Shown here in pieces: positions 50,421-64,000 of a stretch of DNA of 64,000 nt (positions are counted from its first letter, which is position 1; each line of letters begins with the position of its first letter). The DNA is from an uncultured Candidatus Rokubacteria bacterium (GTDB lineage: Bacteria; Methylomirabilota; Methylomirabilia; Rokubacteriales; CSP1-6): assembly GCA_963789955.1 (NCBI GenBank), contig CAWBMV010000001.1:768001-832000 (forward strand), read 5' to 3'. A program made the translations under genes and the position numbers. The notes under the pieces were generated by a model. It was not told where the DNA came from and did no database searches. It was given only the letters and a program-made list of their open reading frames with translations.

Positions 50421-52695
50421 ATGACGCGGGCTCGGGCTTCGATCGTCCTTCTCTTGCTCGCGAGCGTCGCGTCGGTGGTCCCCTCCAAGCCCGCCCGCGC
50501 TCAGACGCAGACTCCGACTCCCGCTCAGAGTCAGCCCGCTCCGGCTCAGAGCCAAAGGAAAGTTCAGATATCGGGCAACGAAGTCTCGGTCGTCGCGGAT
50601 CACTTCGAGCAAATCGGCCCCGACAACCTGCTGGTGGCGACCGGCAACGTCGAGGTCACGCGCGGCACGGGACGGCTGCTCGCCGATCGTGTCGAGATCA
50701 ATCGCGAGTCGGGCGACGCCGTGGCGGTCGGGCGGGCGATCTTCTACGACGGCGACGATCGACTCACCGGCCAGCGTATCGAGTACAACATCAAGACCGG
50801 CACGGGCGTCATCTACCAGGGTGAGGTGCACGCGGCGCCCTACTACCGTCTCACGGGCGAGCGCCTGGAGCGCGTGGGCGATAGCGTGTATCAGGTCCGC
50901 CACGGCGTCTTCACGACCTGCGAGGACGAGCCCCCGTCGTGGTCGTTTCACCTGGGTGACGGAACGGCCGACCTCGAGGATTTCGTCTACGGCTGGCACG
51001 TCTCGTTCTGGGTCAAGTCGATCCCGGTCATCCCGTACTTTCCGTTCTTCGCGGGAGCCATCCGAAAGGATCGGCAGTCGGGCTTTCTCCCGCCGCAGTT
51101 CGGGACCTCGACCAAGAAGGGGTTCTTCGCCGAGATCCCGTTCTTCTGGGCGATCTCGGACAGCCAGGACGCCACCGCGCACCTTCGATGCCTACGAGAA
51201 GCGCGGTTTCGGCGGACAGCTCGAGTATCGCTACGTGATGTCGCAGGACCAGCGCGGCAAGCTCAACGGGTTCTTCGTCGACGAGGTTTTCAAGGACGGC
51301 GAGCTTCGAGGATTCGGGAGCATCAAGCACGACTGGCAGATCGCGCCGGGGTTCTCGCTCCGCGGCGACCTCAACGCCGTGTCGGATGACCTCGTGCTCC
51401 GAGACTACGAGACCTCGCTGGAGACGCGCTCAGCCCAGCGCGCGGAGTCGAATCTGTTTCTCACCAAGACGTGGACGAACTGGAACTTCGTGAGCCGCCT
51501 CTACTGGTATCAGGACCTGACGACCGTGCGCCCCATCGAGCTGCAGCGGGTACCGGAGCTCACGCTCACCGGAGTCCGGCAGAACGTGCCAGGGGCGCCG
51601 GGCGCTCTCTATCAGGTGGACACGAGTTTCGTGGAGTTCTTCCGCTGGGTCGGCTCCGATGGGGCCCGTTTCGATCTCCATCCAGTGGTCTCGCGGCCCG
51701 TCCCGATCGCGGGCTACGCGACCGTCACGCCCTTCGTGGGTGGACGCGTCACCGCCTACAGCACGACGGTCACCGACGTTCACGCCCCGGTGGCCGGCGG
51801 CCCCGCGATCGAGGACACCAACGGCGAGCCGCGCGTCCGCGAGCTGTTCGAGTACGGAGCCGACGCCGAGAGCCGCGCCTCGCGCGTCTACGAGGTCGGC
51901 GGCTGGAATGGTCTGGACCGACTCCTGCACACGATCGAGCCGCACGTGCACTACATCCGCATCGTCGGGAATAACTTCTACAGCCTGCCGCTCTGGACGA
52001 ATCAAACGGACCGGATTCCCGAGGCGAACTGGTTCGAGTATTCTTTGACCAACCGGATCCGGGGACGCACGGTCGCTCCCGAGGGCACGGAAGCGGACCG
52101 CCTCGACCTGTTCAAGTTCGTGGTGGCCAGCGCCTATGACATGGAGAACCAGAGCTTCGGCAACGTCGCCGGCGAGCTCACGATCCAGCCGAGCAAGATG
52201 CTGAGGTTTCACAGCGACGCGAGCTACAACGTCCTCGGCGACGGGCTGCAGGCGTATACCACCGACCTGACCCTCGACATCCCGCGACTCGTGGGGAGCG
52301 TCGGCACGCGCTACAGTCGTATGCCCCAGGTGATCGTCCCGTACTTCGTGCAGATCCCGGGCACGTTCAATCCGGGCGACGCGATGCCGTCGAACCAGGC
52401 CACCAACTTTCTCCAGGGGGCGGCCACGGTGGAGCTCTGGCGCAATTTCTTGTTCGGCCGCGTGAAGACGAACTGGGACATCAAGTCGACCAGCGTCGTC
52501 GAGAGTCGCTTCGGCCTGGACATCAGGTTCGACTGCTGGGCGCTGAGCCTCGACTACGTCCGGCGCGCCCCCGATCGACCCGGCCAGAACCCAGACAACG
52601 AGTTCCGCTTCTCGCTCAACCTGCTCGGGCTCGGGAACGTCCTGAGCACCCGGGTCGGAGCGGGGGGGACGGACTCGAACCCGGGGTTCAGATGA
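50421..52695 (+). CDS. lptD: LPS-assembly protein LptD; frameshift near 51180
   Basis: Signal peptide, beta-jellyroll, FTTC, RQSGFLPP, barrel strands and a late DCW. Confidence 0.88.
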
Positions 52696-53790
52696 TTCCG
52701 TTCATCGACCTGACCCGCCAGCACGCGGCGCTCCGAGCGGAGCTGCTCGCCGCCTCCGCGCGTGTGATCGACTCGAGCCAGTTCGTGCTCGGCGCCGAGG
52801 GCAAGGCGCTCGAGCAGGAGCTGGCGGCACTCTGCGGCGTGCCCTGGGCGCTCGGCGTCGGCTCCGGGACGGACGCGCTGCGCCTGACCCTGAGCGCGCT
52901 CGGTGTCGGCCCCGGACACGAGGTCATCACGCCGGCGTTCTCGTTCGTCGCGTCAGCGACCACGATCATGATGACCGGCGCCACGCCGGTCTTCGTCGAT
53001 ATCGATCCGGCGACGTACACGCTCGATCTCGCCGCCACCGAGCGCGCGATCACACCGCGGACGCGCGCGATCATGCCCGTCCATCTCTACGGCCAGTCGG
53101 CGCCGATGGACCGCGTGCTCGAGCTGGCCCGCGCGCATCGGCTGGCCGTGGTCGAGGACGCGGCTCAGGCCGTCGGCGGCGCGTGGGCCGAAAAGCCCGT
53201 CGGAGCCTGGGGCGATGCCGCCTGCCTGTCGTTCTATCCGACCAAGAACCTCGGGGCGTGCGGCGACGGCGGCATGGTGGTGACCGGACGCCAGGACGTG
53301 GCCGAGCGCGTCGCGAAGCTCCGGCACCATGGGGACAGCGGCCGCTACGAGCACGTCGAGCTCGGCTACTGCAGCCGCCTCGACGAGCTGCAGGCGGCGT
53401 TCTTGCGCGTGAAGCTCCGGCGTCTGGCGGAGTGGACGACGGCGCGCCGGCGGATCGCCGGTATGTACCACAAGGGGCTGGCGGGCCTCGATCTCACGCT
53501 GCCGGCCGAGGCGGCGAAGGCGCGTCACGTGTACCATCTCTTCACGGTGCGACACTCGCAGCGAGACGCGCTCGCGAAGCTCCTGGCCGACGACGGGAAT
53601 CTCGACTGCGGTGTATTACCCCCGATCGGTCCCGGATCAGCCGATGTTCGGCGGCGGCGCCGAGCGGCGCTGGCCCGAAGCCTGGCGCGCGTCGCGCGAG
53701 GTCCTGTCGTTGCCCTGCTTCGCGGAGCTCTCCGACGAGGAGGTCGAACGCGTCGTGGCGGGTGTGCGTCGCGCGTGCGAGCGTCTGTGA
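52692..53790 (+). CDS. DegT-family aminotransferase (WbpE-like); frameshift near 53600
   Basis: SGTDAL, VHLYGQ, EDAAQA, SFYPTKNLG. The corrected frame ends at TGA 53790. Confidence 0.9.
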
Positions 53791-55097
53791 CCTCCGCCGC
53801 CGCGACGCTCAAGCAGCGCCTGGCCACGAGCCCGATCGTGGGACTGATCGGCCTCGGATACGTCGGCTTGCCCCTGGCCGTCGCGTTCGCCGAGTCGGGC
53901 GCGACCGTGATCGGCGTCGATCTCGACGCGCGTCGCGTCGCCGCCATCCGCGCCGGCACGAGCTTCATCGAGGACGTGCCGGCCGAGCCCTTGGCGCGTC
54001 TGGTGCGAGACGGTCGCCTCAGCGCCCACGACGACGTGGGAGCGCTGAAGGACGCTGACGCGATCGTCATTTGCGTGCCGACGCCGCTCGGCAAGTCGAA
54101 GGAGCCGGATATCTCCTTCATCGTGGCGGCGGCCGACGCCGTCGCCGCCATCATCCGGCCGGGTCAGCTGGTCGTGCTCGAGTCGACGACCTACCCGGGC
54201 ACGACGCGGGAGGTGCTGGCGCCGCGCTTCCAGGCGAAGGGCGTCGTCGTGGGGCGCGACGTCTTCCTGGCCTTCTCGCCCGAGCGGATCGACCCGGGCA
54301 ATCGGCGCTTCACCTTGCGCGACATTCCCAAGGTGGTCGGCGGCGTGACCGAGGCGTGCCGTGAGCTCGCGATGATGCTGTATGCGCGCGTCGCACCGCA
54401 GGTGGTTCCCGTCTCGGGGCCGGAGACGGCCGAGATGGTGAAGCTCTTCGAGAACACGTTCCGCTCGGTCAACATCGCGCTCGTCAACGAGTTCGCGATC
54501 ATGTGCCGCCGCCTCGGCCTCTCGGTGTGGGAAGTGATCGCCGCCGCGTCGACGAAGCCCTTCGGCTTCATGCCGTTCTATCCCGGTCCCGGCCTCGGCG
54601 GTCACTGCCTGCCTTCCGATCCGCACTACCTGTCGTGGAAGGTGCGACTCGAAGGATACGAGCCGCGCTTCATCACGTTCGCGGACGAGATCAACCGGCG
54701 GATGCCCGAGTACGTCGTGCAGTTGGTGGCCGACGCGCTCAACGATCGGAGCCGGGCCCTGCGCGGCGCGCGCATCCTGGTACTGGGCGTCGCCTACAAG
54801 GCCGGCGTCGCCGACGTGCGTGACTCGCCCGCGCTCGAGATCATCGAGGGCCTCCTGGCCAAAGGCGCGGCCGCCGAGTACCACGACCCCTACGTGGCGT
54901 CGGTGACGGTGGGCACTCGCGCGATGAAGTCGGTCGCCTGGGAAGCGGCCGCGCTCGCGTCGCGCGACGTCGTCTTGATCCTGACCGCCCACGCCAGCTA
55001 CGACTGGGCGACGATCGTCCGCGAAGCCCCCCTCGTGATCGACACGCGCAACGCGACCGGCTCTTTGCCTCCCGCGCCTCACATCATCCGCCTCTAA
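53787..55097 (+). CDS. Nucleotide-sugar (UDP-HexNAc) 6-dehydrogenase
   Basis: GLGYVG, CVPTP, ESTTYPG, GGHC. GTG overlaps the upstream TGA. Confidence 0.92.
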   Translation: MTSAAATLKQRLATSPIVGLIGLGYVGLPLAVAFAESGATVIGVDLDARRVAAIRAGTSFIEDVPAEPLARLVRDGRLSAHDDVGALKDADAIVICVPTPLGKSKEPDISFIVAAADAVAAIIRPGQLVVLESTTYPGTTREVLAPRFQAKGVVVGRDVFLAFSPERIDPGNRRFTLRDIPKVVGGVTEACRELAMMLYARVAPQVVPVSGPETAEMVKLFENTFRSVNIALVNEFAIMCRRLGLSVWEVIAAASTKPFGFMPFYPGPGLGGHCLPSDPHYLSWKVRLEGYEPRFITFADEINRRMPEYVVQLVADALNDRSRALRGARILVLGVAYKAGVADVRDSPALEIIEGLLAKGAAAEYHDPYVASVTVGTRAMKSVAWEAAALASRDVVLILTAHASYDWATIVREAPLVIDTRNATGSLPPAPHIIRL

Positions 55098-55194
55098 GTG
55101 CCAGAACCGCCCGAACAGCGCATCGTCCGTGGGCCGGGCATCACCGCGCACTACGTCGCGTGCAGCGCCTCGCCGTGCTCCGAAGTCGCGAAAC

Positions 55195-55368
55195 CGGGGG
55201 CACCGGGGGAGGCGGAGGCGAGCGGGAGGGGTCGAAGGGACCCGTTCCCTTCAAGTGTCAGCGGACGTCGCGCGCCCGGATGGAGCCCAGCCGCCGCGGA
55301 GCAGCGCACGCGTGCCGCGTGGTCCTCTCGACCCCTCCCGCTCGCCTCCGCCTCCCCCGGTGCCCCCG
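55195..55368 (+). repeat. Long inverted-repeat element E3
   Basis: Perfect 41-bp outer arms at 55195-55235 and 55328-55368, plus an inner GGACC/GGTCC pair. Loop similar to E2. Confidence 0.9.
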
Positions 55369-55396
55369 CCTCCCGCGGCCTCGAGCATGAAGTGAG

Positions 55397-56275
55397 ATGC
55401 TGAGAGCGATCGTGGTCTCGATGCGCCCGCGCCAGTGGGTGAAGAATCTGTTCGTCTTCGCGGGCCTGATCTTCGCGCAGCGTCTGTTCACCGGCGCAGC
55501 GTGGACCGCGCTCGCGGCGTTCGCGATCTTCTGCGGGCTGTCGGGCGCGATCTATCTGGTCAACGACGTCGCCGACCGCGAGCGGGATGGCCTGGATCCG
55601 CGCAAGCGGACGCGGCCGATCGCCGCCGGGCGGCTCCCGGTCGGGGTGGCCATCGCGGCGGCCGTCGTGCTCGTCGTCGTCGGCCTCGTACTCTCGGCGC
55701 TGCTGTCGCGCGCGTTCTTCGTCACCGCGCTCGCCTACGTCATCTTGTTGACCGCCTACTCGGCCTGGCTCAAGCACATCGTCATCGTCGACGCGATCGT
55801 CGTCGCCGGCGGGTTCGTGCTGCGCGCGGTCGCGGGCGCCGTGGCCATCGATGTCGAGATGTCGGGCTGGTTGCTCATCTGCACGATCCTGCTCGCGCTC
55901 TTCCTGGCCCTCGGCAAGCGCCGTTACGAGTACGTGGCCCTGGACCAGGACGCCGTGCGGCACCGGCCGATCCTCGCCGAATACAGCCCGGCGCTGCTGG
56001 ACCAGATGATCGCCGTCGTGACCGCGTCCACCGTGACCGCCTATGCGCTCTACACGATGTCGCCGGAGACCGTGGCCAAGTTCCACACGCACTGGCTGCC
56101 GGCGACGTTGCCCTTCGTGCTGTACGGGATCTTTCGATATCTCTACCTGTTGTATCAGCGGCGCCTCGGGGGCAACCCGTCGGAGCTCCTGTTGAGCGAC
56201 CGCGCGCTCCTGATCAATACGATCTGCTGGATCTGCGCGGTTCTACTGATCATTTACGGCGCGCGCCTAGAGTAA
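55397..56275 (+). CDS. UbiA-family decaprenyl-phosphate phosphoribosyltransferase-like protein
   Basis: RPRQWVKN, YLVNDVAD, KRTRPIAAG, LKH, ALGKR. Confidence 0.88.
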   Translation: MLRAIVVSMRPRQWVKNLFVFAGLIFAQRLFTGAAWTALAAFAIFCGLSGAIYLVNDVADRERDGLDPRKRTRPIAAGRLPVGVAIAAAVVLVVVGLVLSALLSRAFFVTALAYVILLTAYSAWLKHIVIVDAIVVAGGFVLRAVAGAVAIDVEMSGWLLICTILLALFLALGKRRYEYVALDQDAVRHRPILAEYSPALLDQMIAVVTASTVTAYALYTMSPETVAKFHTHWLPATLPFVLYGIFRYLYLLYQRRLGGNPSELLLSDRALLINTICWICAVLLIIYGARLE

Positions 56276-56287
56276 ACTATCGATAGC

Positions 56288-57366
56288 ATGCCCAGCGTAG
56301 TCGCCCTCCTCCGCACCCGTCCCGAGACCGTGGTGGAGGACTACGGGCGGCTCATGCGGCTGGTGAAGTACGGCGAGGTCCTGCCCCGTGATCAGGACCT
56401 GATCCTCAAGCTCAACCTCTCGTGGACCAAGTACTTTCCGGCGTGCTCGAGTCAGCCCTGGCAGGTCGACGGCGTCCTGACGGCGCTCGCCGAAGACGGC
56501 TACGACCGGCGGCGGATCTTCCCGGTCGAGAACAAGACCGTGGTCACCAACCCCGTCGCCGGCTGCCGCAACAACAAGTGGCGGCCGGTGCTCGATCGTC
56601 ACGGCGTGCCGTTCATCCCGCTGCCGGACGTCGAGTGGACCGTCTACAAGTTCCAGTCGCCGCTGCTCAAGCTGAACGCGATCTTCCCCGAGGGCATCGA
56701 GATCCCGAAGATGTACGTCGGCAAGAACGTCCTGCATGTCGCCCACCGTGTAAAGTTCACGGGCACTCGACGACCACCGGCGCGATCAAGAACGCCTTCG
56801 GCGGCCTCTTGAAGGAAGTCCGGCACTACGCGCACGAGTACATCCACGAGGTGATGGTCGATCTCATGTACATGCAGCGCGAGCTGCACCCGTCCGTGTT
56901 CGCGGTGATGGACGGCACCGTGATGGGCGACGGCGCCGGCCCGCGCACGATGGTGCCGCGCATGGGGAACTTGATCCTCGCGTCGGCGGATCAGGTGGCG
57001 ATCGACGCGATCGCGGCGAAGATCATGGGGTTCGATCCGCTGTCGATCCCGTACCTCCGGATGTGCCAGGAGCGAGGGCTCGGCGTCGCGGATCCGCGGA
57101 AGATCGAGCTCGTCGGCGACACGGATCTCGCGTCGTCGTCGATGGGGTTCAAGACCAGCCGGAGCCTCGTCATCTGGGGTGACCAGCTGATCCGCCGCGG
57201 CCCGCTGCGGCCGCTCAAGCGGCTGCTCCTGCATTCGCCGCTCGTGGTCTGGGCGCCATTCGCCTCGAACGTCTATCACGACATGCTCTGGTATCCGACC
57301 GTCGGCCGCTCGCGCATCCGGGCGTTCGCGAGCACGCCGTGGGGCCGGCTCTTCGAGAAATACTGA
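56288..57366 (+). CDS. DUF362 family protein; frameshift near 56745
   Basis: ILKLNLSW, KxHGH...TGAIKNAFG, DQVAIDA. Confidence 0.8.
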
Positions 57367-57367
57367 G

Positions 57368-58780
57368 ATGTCAGCACCGGTCCGCGTCCGGTTCGCGCCG
57401 AGTCCGACGGGTCACCTCCACGTCGGCGGCGCCCGCACCGCGCTCTTCAACTGGCTCTACGCGCGCCATCATCGCGGCACCTTCATCCTCAGAATCGAGG
57501 ACACCGACCGCTCGCGGTCGACCGACGAGAACATCGTCGCGATCGTCGACGCGCTCAGCTGGCTCGGGCTCGACTGGGACGAAGGCCCGCCGACCGCCGG
57601 CTATCGGCAGACCGAGCGGTTCGCGATCTACCGCGAGCACGCGCAGCGCATGCTCGCCGCCGGGCGCGCCTACTACTGCGATTGCCCGCCGGAGCTCCTC
57701 GATCAGGAGCGCGAGGCGGCCCAGAAGCGGAACGAGACGTTCCGCTACTCCGGGCGTTGCCGCGACCGCGGGCTCACCGCCGGCGCGCTGCGCCTGCGGA
57801 TCCCGACCGAGGGCGCGACGGTGGTCAACGACATGATCCACGGGCCGGTGACCTTCGAGCACACGCAGCTCGACGACTGGATCCTCGTTCGCACCGACGG
57901 CACGCCGACCTACAACTTTTGCGTCGTCGTCGACGACGTCACGATGCGGATCACGCACGTCATCCGCGGCGACGACCATCTGTCGAACACGCCGAAGCAG
58001 ATTCTGTGCTACGAGGCGCTCGACTATGCCGTGCCCGAGTTCGCGCACGTGTCGCTGATCCTGGGCAAGGACAAGAGCCGCCTCTCGAAGCGCCACGGCG
58101 CCACGTCGGTCCAGGCCTTCCGCGACGCCGGCTTCCCGGCCGACGCGCTCGTGAACTACCTGGCGCGGCTCGGCTGGTCGCACGGCGACCAGGAAGTCTT
58201 CTCGCGCGCCGAGCTCGTCGAGCTCTTCGACATCAAGAACGTCGCCACCTCGGCCGCGGTCTTCGACGTGACCAAGCTCGAATGGCTCTCGCAGCACTAT
58301 CTGAAGACGATGCCCGGGAGCCGGCTCGCCGAGCTCGCGACGCCGTTCATCCGCGCCGCCGGACTCGTGCCGCCCGAGGATCCGACGCGCTTCATCGGGA
58401 TGCTGGACACACTCCGCGAGCGCGCGAAGACCCTGGTCGAGCTGGTGGAGCAGGGGCGGTTCTATTTCGAGCGCCCGTCGGCGTACGAGCCCAAGGCGGC
58501 GCAGAAGCTCCTGACCGCCGAGGGCGCCCGGCGTCTCGGCCTGATGATCGAGCGCCTCGAGGCCGAGCGCGAGTTCACGGTGGCCGCGATCGAGCCGGTC
58601 GTGCGCGCGCTCACCGAAGAGCTCGGCCTGAAGCTCGTCGATCTCGCCCAGCTCGCGCGTCTCGCCGTGACGGGCCGCACGGCATCGCCGCCGATCTTCG
58701 ACGTGCTGGCGCTGATCGGCCGCGACGAATCGCTGACGCGCCTGCGCCGAGCGCGCGAGATCGCGGGACGCGCGGCGTGA
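57368..58780 (+). CDS. gltX: Glutamate-tRNA ligase
   Basis: RFAPSPTG-HVGG, IRGDDH, LSKR. Confidence 0.97.
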   Translation: MSAPVRVRFAPSPTGHLHVGGARTALFNWLYARHHRGTFILRIEDTDRSRSTDENIVAIVDALSWLGLDWDEGPPTAGYRQTERFAIYREHAQRMLAAGRAYYCDCPPELLDQEREAAQKRNETFRYSGRCRDRGLTAGALRLRIPTEGATVVNDMIHGPVTFEHTQLDDWILVRTDGTPTYNFCVVVDDVTMRITHVIRGDDHLSNTPKQILCYEALDYAVPEFAHVSLILGKDKSRLSKRHGATSVQAFRDAGFPADALVNYLARLGWSHGDQEVFSRAELVELFDIKNVATSAAVFDVTKLEWLSQHYLKTMPGSRLAELATPFIRAAGLVPPEDPTRFIGMLDTLRERAKTLVELVEQGRFYFERPSAYEPKAAQKLLTAEGARRLGLMIERLEAEREFTVAAIEPVVRALTEELGLKLVDLAQLARLAVTGRTASPPIFDVLALIGRDESLTRLRRAREIAGRAA

Positions 58781-59505
58781 GACTCCTGCTCGCGCGTCAC
58801 GGACAGTCCCTGTGGAACGAGGTGCGCAAGTTCCAGGGCGCCAACGACGTGGGCCTGTCCGATCTCGGCCGAACGCAGGCCGCCGCCCTCGGGAGTGCCT
58901 TGCGCAGCGGCTATCGCGTGGCGGCCGCGTACGTGAGCCCGATGTGCCGCGCGCGCGACACGGCGGAGATCGCGCTGAAGGGGACGGGGATTCCGCTGAC
59001 GGCGATTCACGAGCTGCGCGAGCTCTCGCTCGGCGAGTGGGAGGGCTTCACCGTCGACGAGGTGCGCTCCCGCGAGGGTAATCCGTATCTCACGTGGGTC
59101 CGCTCACCGCTCGACTATCCGCCGCCCGGCGGCGAGCCGCTGCCCGACGTCTGCGCCCGCGTGCTGCAGGCGATCGATCGCATCGCCGCGAACCATCGCA
59201 ACGGTGAAGACGTCCTCGTCGTGGCCCACGGCGGCGTGATCAGCGTCTATCTCTGTCACCTCCTCGGCATCTCGTTCAACTCCCTCTGGCGCATGCGCAT
59301 CGACAACTGCTCCCTCACGATCGCCCGCCCCCCCCGCCTCGTGTCCGTGAACGACACCGCGCACCTCCCTCCGATGCACGGAACTAGGTGGTTTGAGGTG
59401 TCCGAGAGCGGGGGGCGGCCGGTGGGGGTGCCCCCCTCGACCCGTGTAGTCAGCGTCGACCCGGCGCCCCGCGCCCGGAAAAGAAACGCCGCGAGTCGTG
59501 GCTAG
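58777..59505 (+). CDS. Histidine phosphatase family protein (as read, the tail runs into element E4)
   Basis: ARHGQS, GEWEG, GGE, VAHGG, NDTAHL. Confidence 0.88.
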   Translation: MRLLLARHGQSLWNEVRKFQGANDVGLSDLGRTQAAALGSALRSGYRVAAAYVSPMCRARDTAEIALKGTGIPLTAIHELRELSLGEWEGFTVDEVRSREGNPYLTWVRSPLDYPPPGGEPLPDVCARVLQAIDRIAANHRNGEDVLVVAHGGVISVYLCHLLGISFNSLWRMRIDNCSLTIARPPRLVSVNDTAHLPPMHGTRWFEVSESGGRPVGVPPSTRVVSVDPAPRARKRNAASRG

Positions 59506-59552
59506 CGTGGTCGAGGGGGGCACCCCCACCGGCCGCCCCCCGCCTCCGACAC
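59398..59552 (+). repeat. Long inverted-repeat element E4
   Basis: Perfect 35-bp arms at 59408-59442 and 59509-59543, with imperfect extension to GTGTC/GACAC. Confidence 0.88.
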
Positions 59553-59564
59553 AGAGCGAGCTCA

Positions 59565-64000
<4,436 letters not shown>

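Noticed and set aside
50498..50552. GCTCAGA short repeats
   Set aside because: They encode a low-complexity AQTQTPTPAQSQPAPAQSQ linker after the LptD signal peptide.
52652..52690. tRNA-like fragment on the minus strand (GGTTCGAGTCC...CCGACC)
   Set aside because: The T-stem does not pair, there is no D or anticodon arm, and it lies within the lptD coding end.
52692..55097. 801-aa aminotransferase-dehydrogenase fusion in the ORF track
   Set aside because: Artefact of an indel near 53600. The DegT C-terminus (EVLSLPCF...) lies in another frame ending TGA 53790, which overlaps the GTG of the dehydrogenase.

Overview
A 64-kb piece of a very GC-rich (about 70% by eye) diderm bacterial chromosome (lptD and kdsC present). 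The gene style is compatible with Ca. Rokubacteria/Methylomirabilota, but that assignment is inference only. Single-base indels break at least 15 genes, including normally essential ones (folC, lptD), which indicates an unpolished long-read consensus. Layout: (1) 1-13.3 kb, mixed genes: SDR end, LLM oxidoreductase, a 53-aa SWIB-like protein, HAD, DD-carboxypeptidase, HU, tRNA-Thr(CGT), CopB-type ATPase, RidA, TPR protein, an orphan GvpF/L operon and HtrA. (2) 13.5-43 kb, a Wzx/Wzy-type surface polysaccharide locus: Wza-like exporter, ExeA-like ATPase, degenerate HD-GYP, Wzc (possibly fused to SPOR), Wzy, KdsC, Wzx, many glycosyltransferases, AsnB, WbqC, PIG-L, DegT, WecA and GalU. (3) 43.4-64 kb, housekeeping: pncB, trpCFBA, accD, folC, lptD, degT, a nucleotide-sugar dehydrogenase, UbiA-type DPPR synthase, DUF362, gltX, a phosphatase, a Na/Pi transporter, glnB and glnE. 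The most unusual signal is non-coding: four 150-175-bp long-hairpin elements. Their arms differ between copies yet pair almost perfectly within each copy, while their loop motifs are shared. Also notable are a repeated operator-like array upstream of the SWIB microprotein and several probable leaderless genes. No CRISPR array, rRNA, integrase or transposase was seen.
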